A program made the position numbers and the translations under genes. Positions 7,796-20,098 of a stretch of DNA of 32,000 nt are shown in pieces (the stretch's first letter is position 1; each line of letters starts with the position of its first letter). Location: positions 2,400,001 through 2,432,000 of the forward strand of contig NZ_CP010904.1 of the NCBI RefSeq assembly GCF_001017655.1, read 5' to 3'. This DNA comes from Kiritimatiella glycovorans (lineage in GTDB: Bacteria > Verrucomicrobiota > Kiritimatiellia > Kiritimatiellales > Kiritimatiellaceae). The notes under the pieces were generated by a model, which worked only from the letters and a program-made list of their open reading frames with translations, was not told where the DNA came from and did not search any database.

Positions 7796-8593
7796 ATGTT
7801 ACAGGAGCACACAGAAGTCTGTCTGCAGGAGCCGTACGGCGACAGCCCGTATCGTCTGCTGGGGCTGCGCGCGCCCGGAATCGCAGCGCGGGCCGCGCCG
7901 GGGCAGTTCGTCCACCTGCGCATACCCGAACTCCACGACGCCGTGCTTCGGCGGCCGTTCAGCATCTTCCGCACGGACGGGGAGCGGCTGGATCTGCTGT
8001 ACAAGCCGGTGGGCCGCGGCACCGAAGCGATGCGGCGGCTCGAACCGGGAAGCATCGCGGATCTCCTCGGACCCCTCGGCAACGGCTTTCCGTCCCCGTC
8101 CGGGGATCGGCGCACGCTGCTCGCCGGAGGCGGGTACGGCGGCGCCGCGCTTTATAGGCTCGCGGAGCGCGCACCCGCTCCGGGCGACGTCTTTCTAGGC
8201 GGGCGCACCGATCGCGAACTGGTCGCCGCCCGGGAGTTCGAACAGCTCGGGTGGACGGTTCACACCGCGACGGAAGACGGTTCCGCCGGCCGCAAAGGGC
8301 TGGTCACCGATCTCCTCCGCGATGCGCTCGAATCCGGATCGGCCGCCTCCTCCGAAATCTTCGCCTGCGGACCGATCGGGATGATGCGCGCCGTGGCCGG
8401 ACTCGCCGCCGCCTCCGCCTGTCCCGCGTGGGTCTCGCTCGACCGGACCATGGCCTGCGGGGTCGGCGCCTGCCAGACCTGCGTCATCCGGGTGGTCGAC
8501 ACCACACGCCCCGAGGGATGGCGCTGGGCGCGGTGCTGCCGGGAAGGCCCCGTATTCGAAGCACAGGACGTCCTCTGGGAGAACCCCGCATGA
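7796..8593 (+). CDS. pyrK: Dihydroorotate dehydrogenase (class 1B) electron-transfer subunit PyrK
   Basis: Has an FNR-like fold with the RRPFSI FAD motif, a GGGYG NAD/FAD-binding segment, and a C-terminal 2Fe-2S Cys cluster (MACGVGACQTCV...CC). It is translationally coupled to pyrD by an ATGA overlap. The tracked ORF start at 7328 is an upstream over-extension antisense to apbC. Confidence 0.85.
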   Translation: MLQEHTEVCLQEPYGDSPYRLLGLRAPGIAARAAPGQFVHLRIPELHDAVLRRPFSIFRTDGERLDLLYKPVGRGTEAMRRLEPGSIADLLGPLGNGFPSPSGDRRTLLAGGGYGGAALYRLAERAPAPGDVFLGGRTDRELVAAREFEQLGWTVHTATEDGSAGRKGLVTDLLRDALESGSAASSEIFACGPIGMMRAVAGLAAASACPAWVSLDRTMACGVGACQTCVIRVVDTTRPEGWRWARCCREGPVFEAQDVLWENPA

Positions 8594-9516
8594 CCCATCC
8601 CGCCGGAAAAGAACCCGACCTGCGGGTGGATATGGGCGGATTCGAAATGCCGAATCCCGTCGCCGTGGCTTCCGGAACGTTCGGGTACGGCTCGGAATAC
8701 GCGGAACTCATCGACCTCAATCACCTCGGCGCCATCGTCGTCAAAGGCCTCCGCGAAACCCCCTGGATCGGAAACCCGCCGCCGCGCACACACGAGGTCC
8801 GCTCGGGCATGCTCAACGCCATCGGCCTGCCCGGCCCGGGCGTGGAAAGATTCCTGCGCGACCACCTGCCGTTTCTCAACCGCTACCAGGTGCCGGTGAT
8901 CGTCAATCTATGGGGACTCGACGCGGAGGAATACGGGCGCATCGCCGAACAGCTCGACGACGTGGAGGGCATCGACGCGCTCGAACTCAATGTCTCCTGC
9001 CCCAACGTGAAGGCGGGCGGCGTGGCCTTCGGCACGGATCCCAAACTCTTCGCCGCCGTGCTCGACGCCGTGCGGCCGAAGACCCGCAAACCGCTGATGC
9101 CCAAGCTCGCCCCGCACGTGCCCGATATCGGGGTCTTCGCCCGCGCCGCCCAGGAACATGGCGCCGACGCGATCTCGGTGATGAACACCCTCCCCGCGAT
9201 GGCCATCGATATCGAGTCGCGGCGCCCCGTGCTCTCCAACCGCCACGGCGGGCTTTCCGGACCGGCGATCCATCCCGTCGCCGTCAAACTCGTTCACGAC
9301 GCCTCCCGCGCCGTCTCAATCCCCGTCATGGGCATGGGAGGCGTGACCTGCCCCGAAGACGCACTGGAACTGCTGATCGCCGGCGCGAGTTCCGTGGCCG
9401 TCGGAACCGCCAATTTCACCGACCCCGGCACCGCGGAACGGGTCGTCGCCGGCATTCGCGACTATCTCATGCGACACGACATGAAATCCGTAAGTGAACT
9501 GACCCTGGCGGAGTGA
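8590..9516 (+). CDS. pyrD: Dihydroorotate dehydrogenase B catalytic subunit PyrD
   Basis: Diagnostic segments are MPNPVAVASGTFGYG, LGAIVVKG, NAIGLPGPG, ELNVSCPNVK and GGLSGPAIHPVA. The ATG at 8590 overlaps the pyrK stop. Confidence 0.9.
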   Translation: MTHPAGKEPDLRVDMGGFEMPNPVAVASGTFGYGSEYAELIDLNHLGAIVVKGLRETPWIGNPPPRTHEVRSGMLNAIGLPGPGVERFLRDHLPFLNRYQVPVIVNLWGLDAEEYGRIAEQLDDVEGIDALELNVSCPNVKAGGVAFGTDPKLFAAVLDAVRPKTRKPLMPKLAPHVPDIGVFARAAQEHGADAISVMNTLPAMAIDIESRRPVLSNRHGGLSGPAIHPVAVKLVHDASRAVSIPVMGMGGVTCPEDALELLIAGASSVAVGTANFTDPGTAERVVAGIRDYLMRHDMKSVSELTLAE

Positions 9517-9526
9517 AGAGGTCCCT

Positions 9527-10504
9527 ATGAAAGTCCTGGTCGCCGGCGGAGCCGGATACATCGGAAGCGTGACGACGCAGCTGCTCTGCGATGAAGGGCA
9601 CGAAGTGTGCGTCTTCGACAACGGGGAGCGCGGTCACCGCGCGGCGGTGGACGAGCGGGCGGCGTTCGTGCAGGGCGATCTGCGCCGCGCGGACGAAATC
9701 CGCGGCGCCATGATGGAGTTCAGTCCCGATGCGGTCATGCATTTCGCGGCTTACATCGAGGTCGGAGAATCGATGAAACAGCCGGTGCCCTTTTTCCGGA
9801 ACAACGTCTCCGGCGGACTGAATCTGCTCGAGGCCGTGCTCGAAGCCGGCGTGTCGAAGATTATCTTCTCCTCCACCTGCGCCGTGTACGGCACTCCGGA
9901 GCGGGTCCCGATGGACGAGTCGCTCCCCCGGCGCCCGGAGTCGGTCTACGGCGAATCGAAGCTCATGTTTGAACGCATGCTCGAATGGGCCGAAACCATT
10001 CACGGCATCGAACCCGTATTCCTGCGCTATTTCAATGCGGCCGGCGCCACGGAAAAGTTCGGCGAAGCCCACGAACCGGAGACGCACCTGATCCCGCTGG
10101 TGCTGCAGGTTCCGCTCGGCCGGCGCGACAAGATCTTCATTTTCGGCGACGACTACGATACGCCGGACGGCACCTGTATCCGCGACTACATTCACATCCG
10201 CGACCTGGCGCGCGCCCACCTGCTCGCGCTGAACCCCGGCACCCGGGGCGCGTTCAACCTGGGCAACGGCAGCGGCTATTCGGTGCGGGAAGTGATCGAG
10301 ACCGCCCGCGCCGTCACGGGCCACCCTGTTCCCGCCGAAGTGCGGCCGCGGCGACCCGGCGACTGTGTCCGCCTGGTGGCGGACGCCTCGCGCGCGCGCC
10401 GGGAGCTGGGATGGACCCCGGAACATCCCGGCCTGCAGTCGATCGTGGCGGACGCCTGGAACTGGCACCGAGCCCATCCGGAGGGGTACGGGGACTGCGA
10501 CTGA
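9527..10504 (+). CDS. galE: UDP-glucose 4-epimerase
   Basis: Contains the Rossmann motif MKVLVAGGAGYIGS, catalytic YGESK, and the FRYFNAAGA / DGTCIRDYIHI motifs typical of GalE. Confidence 0.9.
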   Translation: MKVLVAGGAGYIGSVTTQLLCDEGHEVCVFDNGERGHRAAVDERAAFVQGDLRRADEIRGAMMEFSPDAVMHFAAYIEVGESMKQPVPFFRNNVSGGLNLLEAVLEAGVSKIIFSSTCAVYGTPERVPMDESLPRRPESVYGESKLMFERMLEWAETIHGIEPVFLRYFNAAGATEKFGEAHEPETHLIPLVLQVPLGRRDKIFIFGDDYDTPDGTCIRDYIHIRDLARAHLLALNPGTRGAFNLGNGSGYSVREVIETARAVTGHPVPAEVRPRRPGDCVRLVADASRARRELGWTPEHPGLQSIVADAWNWHRAHPEGYGDCD

Positions 10505-10510
10505 ACCGTC

Positions 10511-12981
<2,471 letters not shown>

Positions 12982-12985
<4 letters not shown>

Positions 12986-13737
12986 GGCCTCGCCCGCGGA
13001 CCGCGCTTCCCGCCCTCGCGGCCGCCCTCGCGGGCGCGCTCACCGCGGCCGCGGCCGAGTTCGGATCGGCCGGAGACGTATTGGCCTTCGCGCGGTCACG
13101 CCTGCCCCGGGAGCCGATGCGCGTGGAGGGCACCCTCAGGGCGAAAGCGCCGAATCATTTCACGCGCGCGACCTACAAAGTCGACTGGCTGCTGAACTGG
13201 GGCGAACGCGAGGCCTGCTGCGCCGTGCTGGACGAGCGCGGCCGATACCTCGGACAGCTTCGCGCGGAGTACCCCCGCGACGCCTCCCCGCGCTACACCT
13301 TCCGCCCCCGCCCCGAAGCCGATCCGGTATCGGCCCCCGACCTGCTCGAGCCGATCGGGAAGACCGACGTGAGCTGGAGCGATCTCACGCTGGCCTTCCT
13401 GTGGTGGCGCGAGGGGACCTACCAGGGCAAAGTCATGAAACGCGGGCGCGAGGCGGCCCTGGTCGAGTTCGCCGCGCCGGACCCGGACGATGAAGTACAG
13501 ACGGTGCGCGTCTGGATCGACAGCCACCTCGGACTGCTGCTGCAGGTCAACTATTACGACCGGAACGAAAAACTGCTGCGCTCGCTTCGCATCTCCACCA
13601 TCAAAAAAATCCGGGACGACCTCTGGATCGTCAAAAATCTCGACATGATCCGTCCGCTGTCCGGTGCGAGGACGAAGTTCACGGTGGAGGACGTAACCTT
13701 CCCCTCTTCTCCATCTCGCGGCGGGACGCGGCATTGA
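12982..13737 (+). CDS. Secreted LolA-like / outer-membrane lipoprotein-sorting-like protein (function uncertain)
   Basis: The start overlaps the lon stop (ATGA). It has a signal peptide (ALPALAAALAGALTAAAA). A beta-rich body with the pattern LVEF...VWID...LLLQVNYYDR...L.R.L.I...K...LW resembles the LolA_like family. The assignment is by resemblance only. Confidence 0.55.
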
Positions 13738-15403
13738 CGACGTCCTGTTTACGAAGCCACGCGCGCCGCGCGGTCATGACCCCGAACCGCATGAATGCGT
13801 AGTCGTCGGTGCTGTGCGCATCGGTGTCAATCACCAGCTTCGCCCCCGCCTCACGCGCGCGTCGCGCGTATTCGTCGGGAAGATCGAGACGCTCGGGCTG
13901 GGCGTTGATCTCCATCGCCACGCCGTGTTCCGCGCAGACCGCGGCCACGCGGTCGAAGTCGTACGCGAGCGGCTCCCGCTTCCCGATGTGCCGGGCGAGC
14001 GGGTGTCCGAGCGCGTGCACGACGCCGCTTCCGAGGGCCCGGACCAGGCGTTCCGTCATCCTGTCTGAATCGAGGTTGAAGTTGTAATGGATGCTCGCCG
14101 TCACCCAGTCGAGCCCGGCCAGAAGCTCTTCATCGAGATCGAGCGAACCGTCGGGGAGGATGTCCACTTCGACACCGGCCAGCACGAGAATATCGTCATA
14201 GCGATCGTTCGCCTCGCGGACGGCGTCGGCATGTCTCTTCAGGCCCTCCGCGTCCAGACCGCCGGCCACGCGAACGGCCTGCGAATGATCGCAGAAGGCC
14301 AGGTAGTCGTAGCCCAGCTTTCGCGCGCCCTCGATCATCTCTTCGATGGTGTGCACGCCGTCGGTCGCCGTGGAGTGCACATGCAGGTCGCCCCGGATGT
14401 CGTCCGGTTCGATCAGCGCGGGCAGCCCGCCCTCTTCCGCAGCCTCGATTTCGCCGCGATCCTCGCGCAGTTCGGGGGCGATCCACGGCAGGCCCAGTTT
14501 TCCGTAAACCGCCTCCTCGCTGCGACCCGCAAGCCGCGTGTCGCCGGAAAAAAGGCCGTATTCACTCAGTTTCCAGTCATGTTCCCGGGCGCGGCGGCGC
14601 AGACGGATATTGTGCGCCTTCGAACCCGTGAAGTACATCAGCGCCGAACCGAACGACGCCTCCTCGAAAAAGCGGAAATCCACCTGCAGCCCGCCGGAGA
14701 GCCGGACCGAAACTTTTTCCCCGCCGCGGCCGATCACCTCCGCCGGCCGCAGGCTGTCCACAATGCGGTCCGTGGTCGCGGCGCGGTCGGTGGAATGCAC
14801 CAGGATGTCGAGGTCGCCGACGCTCTCACAACCGCGCCGGAAACTCCCGGCCGCTTCCCAGCGGTCCACCGTCTCCTCCCCGTCCAGCAGACGGCCGATC
14901 ATGCCCGCCTGCTCCGAGGCCTCCTTCAGCAAAATGCGTCCCTCCGAGGCCGCCAGCATATCCAGCCCCTTCAGGATCTGCGCCTCGGTCTTCCCGCCCA
15001 TGCCCTCGAGACCGCGAACGCGGTGTTGCTCGCAGGCACGGCGCAGGTCGTCGAGATTGTCCACTCCCAGTTCCTCGTGGATCTTCTGCGCCTTCTTCGG
15101 TCCGAGGCGCGGGACGTCGAGCAGATCCGTCAGGTGTCCGGGAACCTGCCCGCGCAGTTCCTCCAGTTTCGCGCACGTGCCCGTCTCTACCATCTCACGG
15201 ATCTTGTCGGCGATGCTGGAGCCGATATGGGGAAGCTCGCTCAGATCCTCGCCCTGCTCCACCAGATCCTCGACCCTGCCGGACAGGTCTTTGATCGTAC
15301 GGGCCGCGTTGCGGTAGGACCGCACGCGGAACGGATTTCCGCCCTGAATCTCGACCAGGTCCGCAATCTCTTCAAACATCCCGGCCGCGTCGGCATTTTC
15401 CAT
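13679..15403 (-). CDS. polX: DNA polymerase X family protein with C-terminal PHP phosphoesterase domain (PolX)
   Basis: 574 aa with N-terminal HhH/Pol-beta-like segments (FEEIADLVEIQGGNPFRVRSYRNAAR; GSFRRG..VGDLDILV) and a C-terminal PHP domain (DLHVHST.TDG; CDHS). Confidence 0.9.
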   Translation of the reverse strand: MENADAAGMFEEIADLVEIQGGNPFRVRSYRNAARTIKDLSGRVEDLVEQGEDLSELPHIGSSIADKIREMVETGTCAKLEELRGQVPGHLTDLLDVPRLGPKKAQKIHEELGVDNLDDLRRACEQHRVRGLEGMGGKTEAQILKGLDMLAASEGRILLKEASEQAGMIGRLLDGEETVDRWEAAGSFRRGCESVGDLDILVHSTDRAATTDRIVDSLRPAEVIGRGGEKVSVRLSGGLQVDFRFFEEASFGSALMYFTGSKAHNIRLRRRAREHDWKLSEYGLFSGDTRLAGRSEEAVYGKLGLPWIAPELREDRGEIEAAEEGGLPALIEPDDIRGDLHVHSTATDGVHTIEEMIEGARKLGYDYLAFCDHSQAVRVAGGLDAEGLKRHADAVREANDRYDDILVLAGVEVDILPDGSLDLDEELLAGLDWVTASIHYNFNLDSDRMTERLVRALGSGVVHALGHPLARHIGKREPLAYDFDRVAAVCAEHGVAMEINAQPERLDLPDEYARRAREAGAKLVIDTDAHSTDDYAFMRFGVMTARRAWLRKQDVVNAASRREMEKRGRLRPPP

Positions 15404-15445
15404 CGTAACCTCCGACTCTTCAAAAGGCCGTTCGCATCCTGCCGA

Positions 15446-16471
15446 TCAAGAGTCGCGCGAGAACGACAGGGCCGAGCCCAGGCGCGCCATCGTGCCGGGG
15501 AACACTCCCTGCGCCAGCACCACCAGCAGCGCGATGGAGCAGACCGTCCGCCAGGCGGCGGCATGCTTTTCGCGCTCGCCCAGCGCCGAACGGATCAGCT
15601 CGCCCAGCGGCAGGGCATCCGTCAGCCAGCCGAAAGCCAGGGCGCACAGCGTGAGCGCCGCGAGATAGCGGATCAGGCTCTGCGGGCCCATGGTCTTCCA
15701 CAGCGTCGTCACCGTCGCGGCATTGGTTCCCGGCCCGGCAATCAGAAATACGAGCGCCGCGCCCGGTGAAGCGCCGGCGTGCATCAGGGCCATGGCGACG
15801 GGCGCGGAGGCCGTGGAGCAGACATAGATGGGTATGCCGACGGCCAGCATCACCAGCATGCCCGTAAAACCCGTGCCGAAACGTCCGGCGAGCAGGTTCT
15901 CCGGGAGCAGGACGCCCAGCGCGGCCGAGATCAGGATACCGAGAAGCACGGCCCGCCCGATCTCCTGCGGAAGGCTCACCAGCCCGTAGCGCAGTGCGCG
16001 GACCGCCATCCCGCCGCGCGGAACCGCATGATCCTCATCGCCGCCGGACGCATCGCCCAGCGTTTCCTCTCCGGACTGCATCGGCTCGTCGCGTCGGCGC
16101 CAGTCGACGGCGAACCCGCAGAAGATACCGGCGGCGAAAGCGGCCACGACACGGATCAGGGTGAACACCCCGCCGAGCAGGCTGTAGCTGACCGCGATGC
16201 TGTCCACGCCCGTCTGAGGGGTGGAGGCCAGAAAGGAGACCGAGGCGCCGCGGCTTGCGCCGTGCCGCCGGAGACCGGCGGTCACCGGAATGACACCGCA
16301 CGAGCACAGAGGCATCGGCACCCCCAGCACCGAAGCCCGGACCACGGGCTTCCATCCCCGCCCCCCGAGATGCCGCTCGACCATAGAAGGCCGAATCAGT
16401 ACGGAGAGCACCCCGGCCGAGACAAAACCGAACAGGAGGTAAGGCGACATCTCATTCATGATCGCCCACAT
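15446..16471 (-). CDS. PF03773-type (DUF318/ArsP-like) membrane permease, possible metal or metalloid transporter
   Basis: Polytopic membrane protein with the family-typical VLGVPMPLCSCGVIPV motif and a second half carrying IPIYVCSTASAPVA. The start is uncertain: ATG at 16471, 16459 or 16450, or GTG at 16501 overlapping the upstream gene. Confidence 0.75.
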   Translation of the reverse strand: MWAIMNEMSPYLLFGFVSAGVLSVLIRPSMVERHLGGRGWKPVVRASVLGVPMPLCSCGVIPVTAGLRRHGASRGASVSFLASTPQTGVDSIAVSYSLLGGVFTLIRVVAAFAAGIFCGFAVDWRRRDEPMQSGEETLGDASGGDEDHAVPRGGMAVRALRYGLVSLPQEIGRAVLLGILISAALGVLLPENLLAGRFGTGFTGMLVMLAVGIPIYVCSTASAPVAMALMHAGASPGAALVFLIAGPGTNAATVTTLWKTMGPQSLIRYLAALTLCALAFGWLTDALPLGELIRSALGEREKHAAAWRTVCSIALLVVLAQGVFPGTMARLGSALSFSRDS

Positions 16472-16484
16472 CTCGCGTAAAAAA

Positions 16485-16754
16485 TCAGCCGTTAACGTCA
16501 CCGTGCTCACTCTCCGTTCCCGCGTCTTTACAAACCCCGTAAAAGACGGTTTGTCGACGTCGCGACACCGGACAGTCGCGGCAGCGGGCGGCACCCGTAA
16601 CGCAGCCGCCCGTCAAACGCCGGATCCTGCCGCGTTCCACCAGCCGATCCAGCATCGGCTGCAAAGCCTGCGCATCCATGTCGAAACGGCGGGCCAGCTC
16701 CTCCCGCGTCACCGCGCCGCGGTCGCGTATCGCCTGTTCCACCTGTCGAATCAT
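16485..16754 (-). CDS. FeoC-like winged-helix protein with C-terminal Cys cluster
   Basis: 89 aa. MIRQVEQAIRDRGAVTREELARRFDMDAQALQPMLDRLVERGRI resembles the FeoC/YhgG fold. It is followed by a CVTGAARCRDC...C cysteine motif, analogous to the FeoC Fe-S binding wing. Confidence 0.65.
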   Translation of the reverse strand: MIRQVEQAIRDRGAVTREELARRFDMDAQALQPMLDRLVERGRIRRLTGGCVTGAARCRDCPVSRRRQTVFYGVCKDAGTESEHGDVNG

Positions 16755-16772
16755 GACCTATTCCGTCCGGCC

Positions 16773-17090
16773 TCAGGACCGGATCATGATCAGCATCATC
16801 TTGAACGGCTCATCCGCACGCAGGGCGTGGGGTTCATTGGCCGGCATACGCAGCATCTCACCGGCGCGGACGGTGTGATCCGTTCCGGACACGGCAATCT
16901 CCGCGCGGCCGTCGAGGACCATGACCAGCGCATCGAACGGCGCCGTGTGCTCACTGAGCCCCTGCCCTTCGGCAAAGGCGAACAGCGTCACGGTTCCGGT
17001 ATCCTTCTCAGCAATCGTCCGGCTGACGACCGAACCCTCCTGGTACTCCACCATGGCGGAAGGATTAAAAGCCTGCGTCTTCTCCATCAT
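16773..17090 (-). CDS. Small cupin-domain protein
   Basis: 105 aa with a single cupin barrel (GLSEHTAPFDALVMVLDGRAEI...AGEMLRMPANEPHAL). The start codon directly abuts the sulfatase stop with no gap. Confidence 0.8.
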   Translation of the reverse strand: MMEKTQAFNPSAMVEYQEGSVVSRTIAEKDTGTVTLFAFAEGQGLSEHTAPFDALVMVLDGRAEIAVSGTDHTVRAGEMLRMPANEPHALRADEPFKMMLIMIRS

Positions 17091-19211
17091 TCACTCCTGC
17101 TGGTTCCGTTCGCTCACGCGGGGATTCCGCACTTTTCCCTTCATCATTTCCGCGCTGTTCGGATCGCCCCCGAGATAACAGGGGCGCGCGGGAATGGTAA
17201 AGGGAACTTCATCCGAAGCGACCTTGCGGCCGTTCAGAAATACGTCCACGGCGGGGCCTTGCTTGACCACCCTGATTTGCGCCCATTGCTCTTTGGGAAC
17301 ACTCAGCGGGAGCCGAACAATCCGTTTCCCGTCATGAAACTGCACGCCGCGGTCCGGCACGATTTTCATAAAGCCATTCGCCTGCGGGCCCGGCGTGTGG
17401 CGGTTCCCCATGATCACCGCCCCGCCCCCGCAGTCTTTATCCACCCACGCCTCCACCGACCAGGTGAAGTCCGAGGCGGGCTTCAGCTCCGGCACCTCGC
17501 CCAGGAGCGCGTAGCCCCTGCCGCTGAAGTGGTAGACTCCGTGCGCGTCGGGTTCGACCCCGCGCAACCCGGGTTTTTCGCTCCCCCCGGCCTTCCACTC
17601 ATCGCCCAGCCACTTCCGGTTCAGTCTGCGGAAGTCGTCTTCAATACTTTCGAACGCGCGGCGCATCGAGTTGAGCCGTTCGGGATACCGGTCGGCGAGG
17701 TCCGTCGTCTCACTGCGGTCTTCCGCCATGTGGTAGAGTTTGAACCCCTTGTGATCGCGCGGCACGCCCCGCACGATCTTCCAGTCGCCCTGACGCAGCG
17801 CATTCCCCCAGTGCGAGAAGTAGAGATAATCGCGCGGGATCGGGCGGTTCTCCTCCAGCGCCGGGAGGAAGTTCCGTCCCGGAAAAGCCGGCGCGCCTTC
17901 GTCGTGCGCCTTCGAGGCGTCCAGTCCGGCCAGCGCGAGAAACGTCGGGAGGATGTCGACCAGGTGCACGGGCTGATGGCGCAGTTCGTTCGCGGCCTCC
18001 AGTCCGGCGGGCCAGTGGACGATCCACGGCGTCGCGATCCCGCCCTCGTGGACGATCATCTTATGATACTTGAACGGCGTATTGGCGGCCGTCGACCAGC
18101 CCGGACCGAGACAGAGATAGGTATCCTTCGACCCCGGCACGGCCTCCGGGTCGTGACCGCCGCCGCGCTCGAGCAGTTCGGCGCTGGCGCCGTTGTCGGA
18201 ACAGAAGACGATAAAGGTGTTCTCGAATTCGCCCTGCGCCCTGAGTTCATCGAGGATGCGCCCGATCTCGCGGTCCATGCGATCGATCATCGCCGCATGA
18301 ATCGCCATCTTTTCGGCCTGGTAGGCCTGCTGATTCTCTTCAAGCGAATCCCACGCGACGGCGTAACGCGTCTCACCTTCGCCGTACACCTTCTTCAGTT
18401 TTTCCTGCTTCATGTGCGGGGCGGCGAAATCTTCGATCCGTTCCGAGAGCGGGCAGTCCACGATCCCCGCCTCGCGCTGGCGGCGGTAGCGCTGTTCGCG
18501 GACGCGGTCCCAGCCCGTGTCATAACGCCCGCGGTAGCGGTCGATGTCCTTCTGGGGCGCGTGCAGCGGAAAGTGCGGGCTGATGAAGGCGATGTAGCCG
18601 AAGAAGGGCCGGTCCGGGGCCTGGCGCTTGTGTTGACGCAGGTACTCGATCGCCTTGTCGGCAATAAAGGTGGTGGCGTAATAATCGTCGCCGGGTTCGA
18701 CGGGCGGAAGGTTCTGCCCGTCCTCTGCGTGGGCGCGGGGCGAGAAAAAACGGTTGTGATCATTCAGGATGTACGAGCGGGCGAACCCCTGCTCGTTCGG
18801 CTGTCCGTACGCGTGCCATTTGCCGCTGATGAAGCTCCGGTACCCGGCGGGCTTGAGCCGTTCGGGCAGCATGCGGGCCCACTCCTGGGGTTGATGACGC
18901 TTCACGCCCGGGAGCGCGTCCATGCCGATCTGCTGCGGATAGTACCCGCTGAGCATGCAGGAGCGCGACGGCCAGCAGCGGCCGCAGTTGTAGCCCTGCG
19001 TGAAGCGCACGCCGTTCGACGCGAGGGCGTCGAGGTGGGGCGTGTGAATCTCGCCGCCGTAGCAGCCGGCGTCTGAAAAGCCCATGTCGTCGGCCATGAT
19101 GAACAGCAGGTTCGGCCGCTTCGCCTTCACGGGCGCCGCGGCCCGGACGGTCGGCAGGGCGAGCGCTGAAGTGGTGGCGAGCTGTCCCAGGAAACGACGA
19201 CGGTTGTTCAT
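17091..19211 (-). CDS. Tat-exported arylsulfatase (formylglycine-dependent) with C-terminal LamG/concanavalin-like domain
   Basis: Has a twin-arginine signal (MNNRRRFLGQLATTSALALP), the sulfatase N-terminus LLFIMADDMGFSD, and the CxPxR FGly motif (CWPSR). The ~200-aa C-terminal beta-sandwich-like extension (FTWSVEAWV...VFLNGRKV) is typical of Laminin_G_3. Confidence 0.9.
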   Translation of the reverse strand: MNNRRRFLGQLATTSALALPTVRAAAPVKAKRPNLLFIMADDMGFSDAGCYGGEIHTPHLDALASNGVRFTQGYNCGRCWPSRSCMLSGYYPQQIGMDALPGVKRHQPQEWARMLPERLKPAGYRSFISGKWHAYGQPNEQGFARSYILNDHNRFFSPRAHAEDGQNLPPVEPGDDYYATTFIADKAIEYLRQHKRQAPDRPFFGYIAFISPHFPLHAPQKDIDRYRGRYDTGWDRVREQRYRRQREAGIVDCPLSERIEDFAAPHMKQEKLKKVYGEGETRYAVAWDSLEENQQAYQAEKMAIHAAMIDRMDREIGRILDELRAQGEFENTFIVFCSDNGASAELLERGGGHDPEAVPGSKDTYLCLGPGWSTAANTPFKYHKMIVHEGGIATPWIVHWPAGLEAANELRHQPVHLVDILPTFLALAGLDASKAHDEGAPAFPGRNFLPALEENRPIPRDYLYFSHWGNALRQGDWKIVRGVPRDHKGFKLYHMAEDRSETTDLADRYPERLNSMRRAFESIEDDFRRLNRKWLGDEWKAGGSEKPGLRGVEPDAHGVYHFSGRGYALLGEVPELKPASDFTWSVEAWVDKDCGGGAVIMGNRHTPGPQANGFMKIVPDRGVQFHDGKRIVRLPLSVPKEQWAQIRVVKQGPAVDVFLNGRKVASDEVPFTIPARPCYLGGDPNSAEMMKGKVRNPRVSERNQQE

Positions 19212-19348
19212 GTGGATTCCTTTTCTTTAGTATCCGCATTGGAAAACGGCGGTTATTACATCACATTAAGCTCGAGCATTGAATTCCAAAGTCCGGCGAA
19301 CGGGCGGACGGCTCGGAGATCCGTCCCCACCCTGAGGAACGTTGCGTT

Positions 19349-20002
19349 ATGGGTATCCCTCTTACAACTCCTCCTTCCTGCCCCCTCTGCGGGAAAGGCG
19401 AGCCGATCGCATTCCATCGCGACCGGGACCGCGAATATCTCCAGTGCCCGCAATGCCGACTGGTCTTCGTCCCGCCCGGATACGTGCTCCCCCCCGAAGA
19501 GGAACGGCGCCGCTACGAGCAGCACCGCAATCTCCCTTACGACGAGGGGTACCGGGCTTTTCTGCACCGCACCCTCGATCCCGTCCTCCGCCGCGTCGCG
19601 CCGGGCGCGGAGGGACTCGACTTCGGCTGCGGTCCCGGCCCCACGCTGGCGCTGATGTTCGAGGAGGCGGGCCACCCGATGCGGACATACGACCCCTTTT
19701 TCGCCGATCACCCGGAGGCCCTGCGGCGACGCTATGATTTTATCACCGCGACGGAAGTCGTCGAACACCTCCACCATCCCGGCCGGGAGTTCGGGCGGCT
19801 GTTCGGGATGCTGCGCCCCGGCGGGGTGCTGGCGGTGATGACCAAGCGCGTGCTCGACCGCGAGCGCTTCGCGACGTGGCACTACAAAAACGATCCCACC
19901 CACGTCGGCTTCTTCGCCGATGCCACGTTCGAATGGATCGCGGCGCAATGGGGCTGCGGGCTGGAGTTCGAGGGAGACGACGTGGCGGTGTTTTCCTCCT
20001 GA
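19349..20002 (+). CDS. Class I SAM-dependent methyltransferase with N-terminal Zn-ribbon (CPLC...CPQC)
   Basis: Contains a CxxC-x19-CxxC zinc ribbon, SAM motif I (LDFGCGPG), a post-I acidic residue, and a Methyltransf_23/12-like C-terminus. The substrate is unknown. Confidence 0.8.
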   Translation: MGIPLTTPPSCPLCGKGEPIAFHRDRDREYLQCPQCRLVFVPPGYVLPPEEERRRYEQHRNLPYDEGYRAFLHRTLDPVLRRVAPGAEGLDFGCGPGPTLALMFEEAGHPMRTYDPFFADHPEALRRRYDFITATEVVEHLHHPGREFGRLFGMLRPGGVLAVMTKRVLDRERFATWHYKNDPTHVGFFADATFEWIAAQWGCGLEFEGDDVAVFSS

Positions 20003-20098
20003 ACCGAGACAGTGTCATGTCTCGCAAAATTTAACGCCACTGGAACATGGAACTCTTCCGCTAAGCCCCGATTCGGGGGCATCGGCCGGAAATCCGGC

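Noticed and set aside
7328-8593. N-terminal extensions of tracked ORFs for pyrK (7328), pyrD (8251), GSMT (26169), EF-hand protein (5751), apbC (7717) and the permease (16594).
   Set aside because: The extensions overlap upstream genes or are low-complexity. Internal ATGs with RBS-like sequences or ATGA coupling give products matching the family N-termini, so the shorter coordinates were used.
16458-19076. Very long ORFs antisense to real genes: 16458..19076 (+, 872 aa), 10520..12799 (-, 759 aa), 14087..15769 (+), 21169..22758 (+), 22770..24515 (-), 24401..25669 (-), 9467..10477 (-), 6921..8198 (+), 26355..27239 (-), 27230..28096 (-).
   Set aside because: These are typical high-GC shadow ORFs. 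Their translations are Arg/Ala/Gly/Pro-rich, low-complexity and without recognisable motifs. The opposite strand in each case encodes an unmistakable conserved protein (sulfatase, Lon, PolX, FeoB, enolase, GalE and others).
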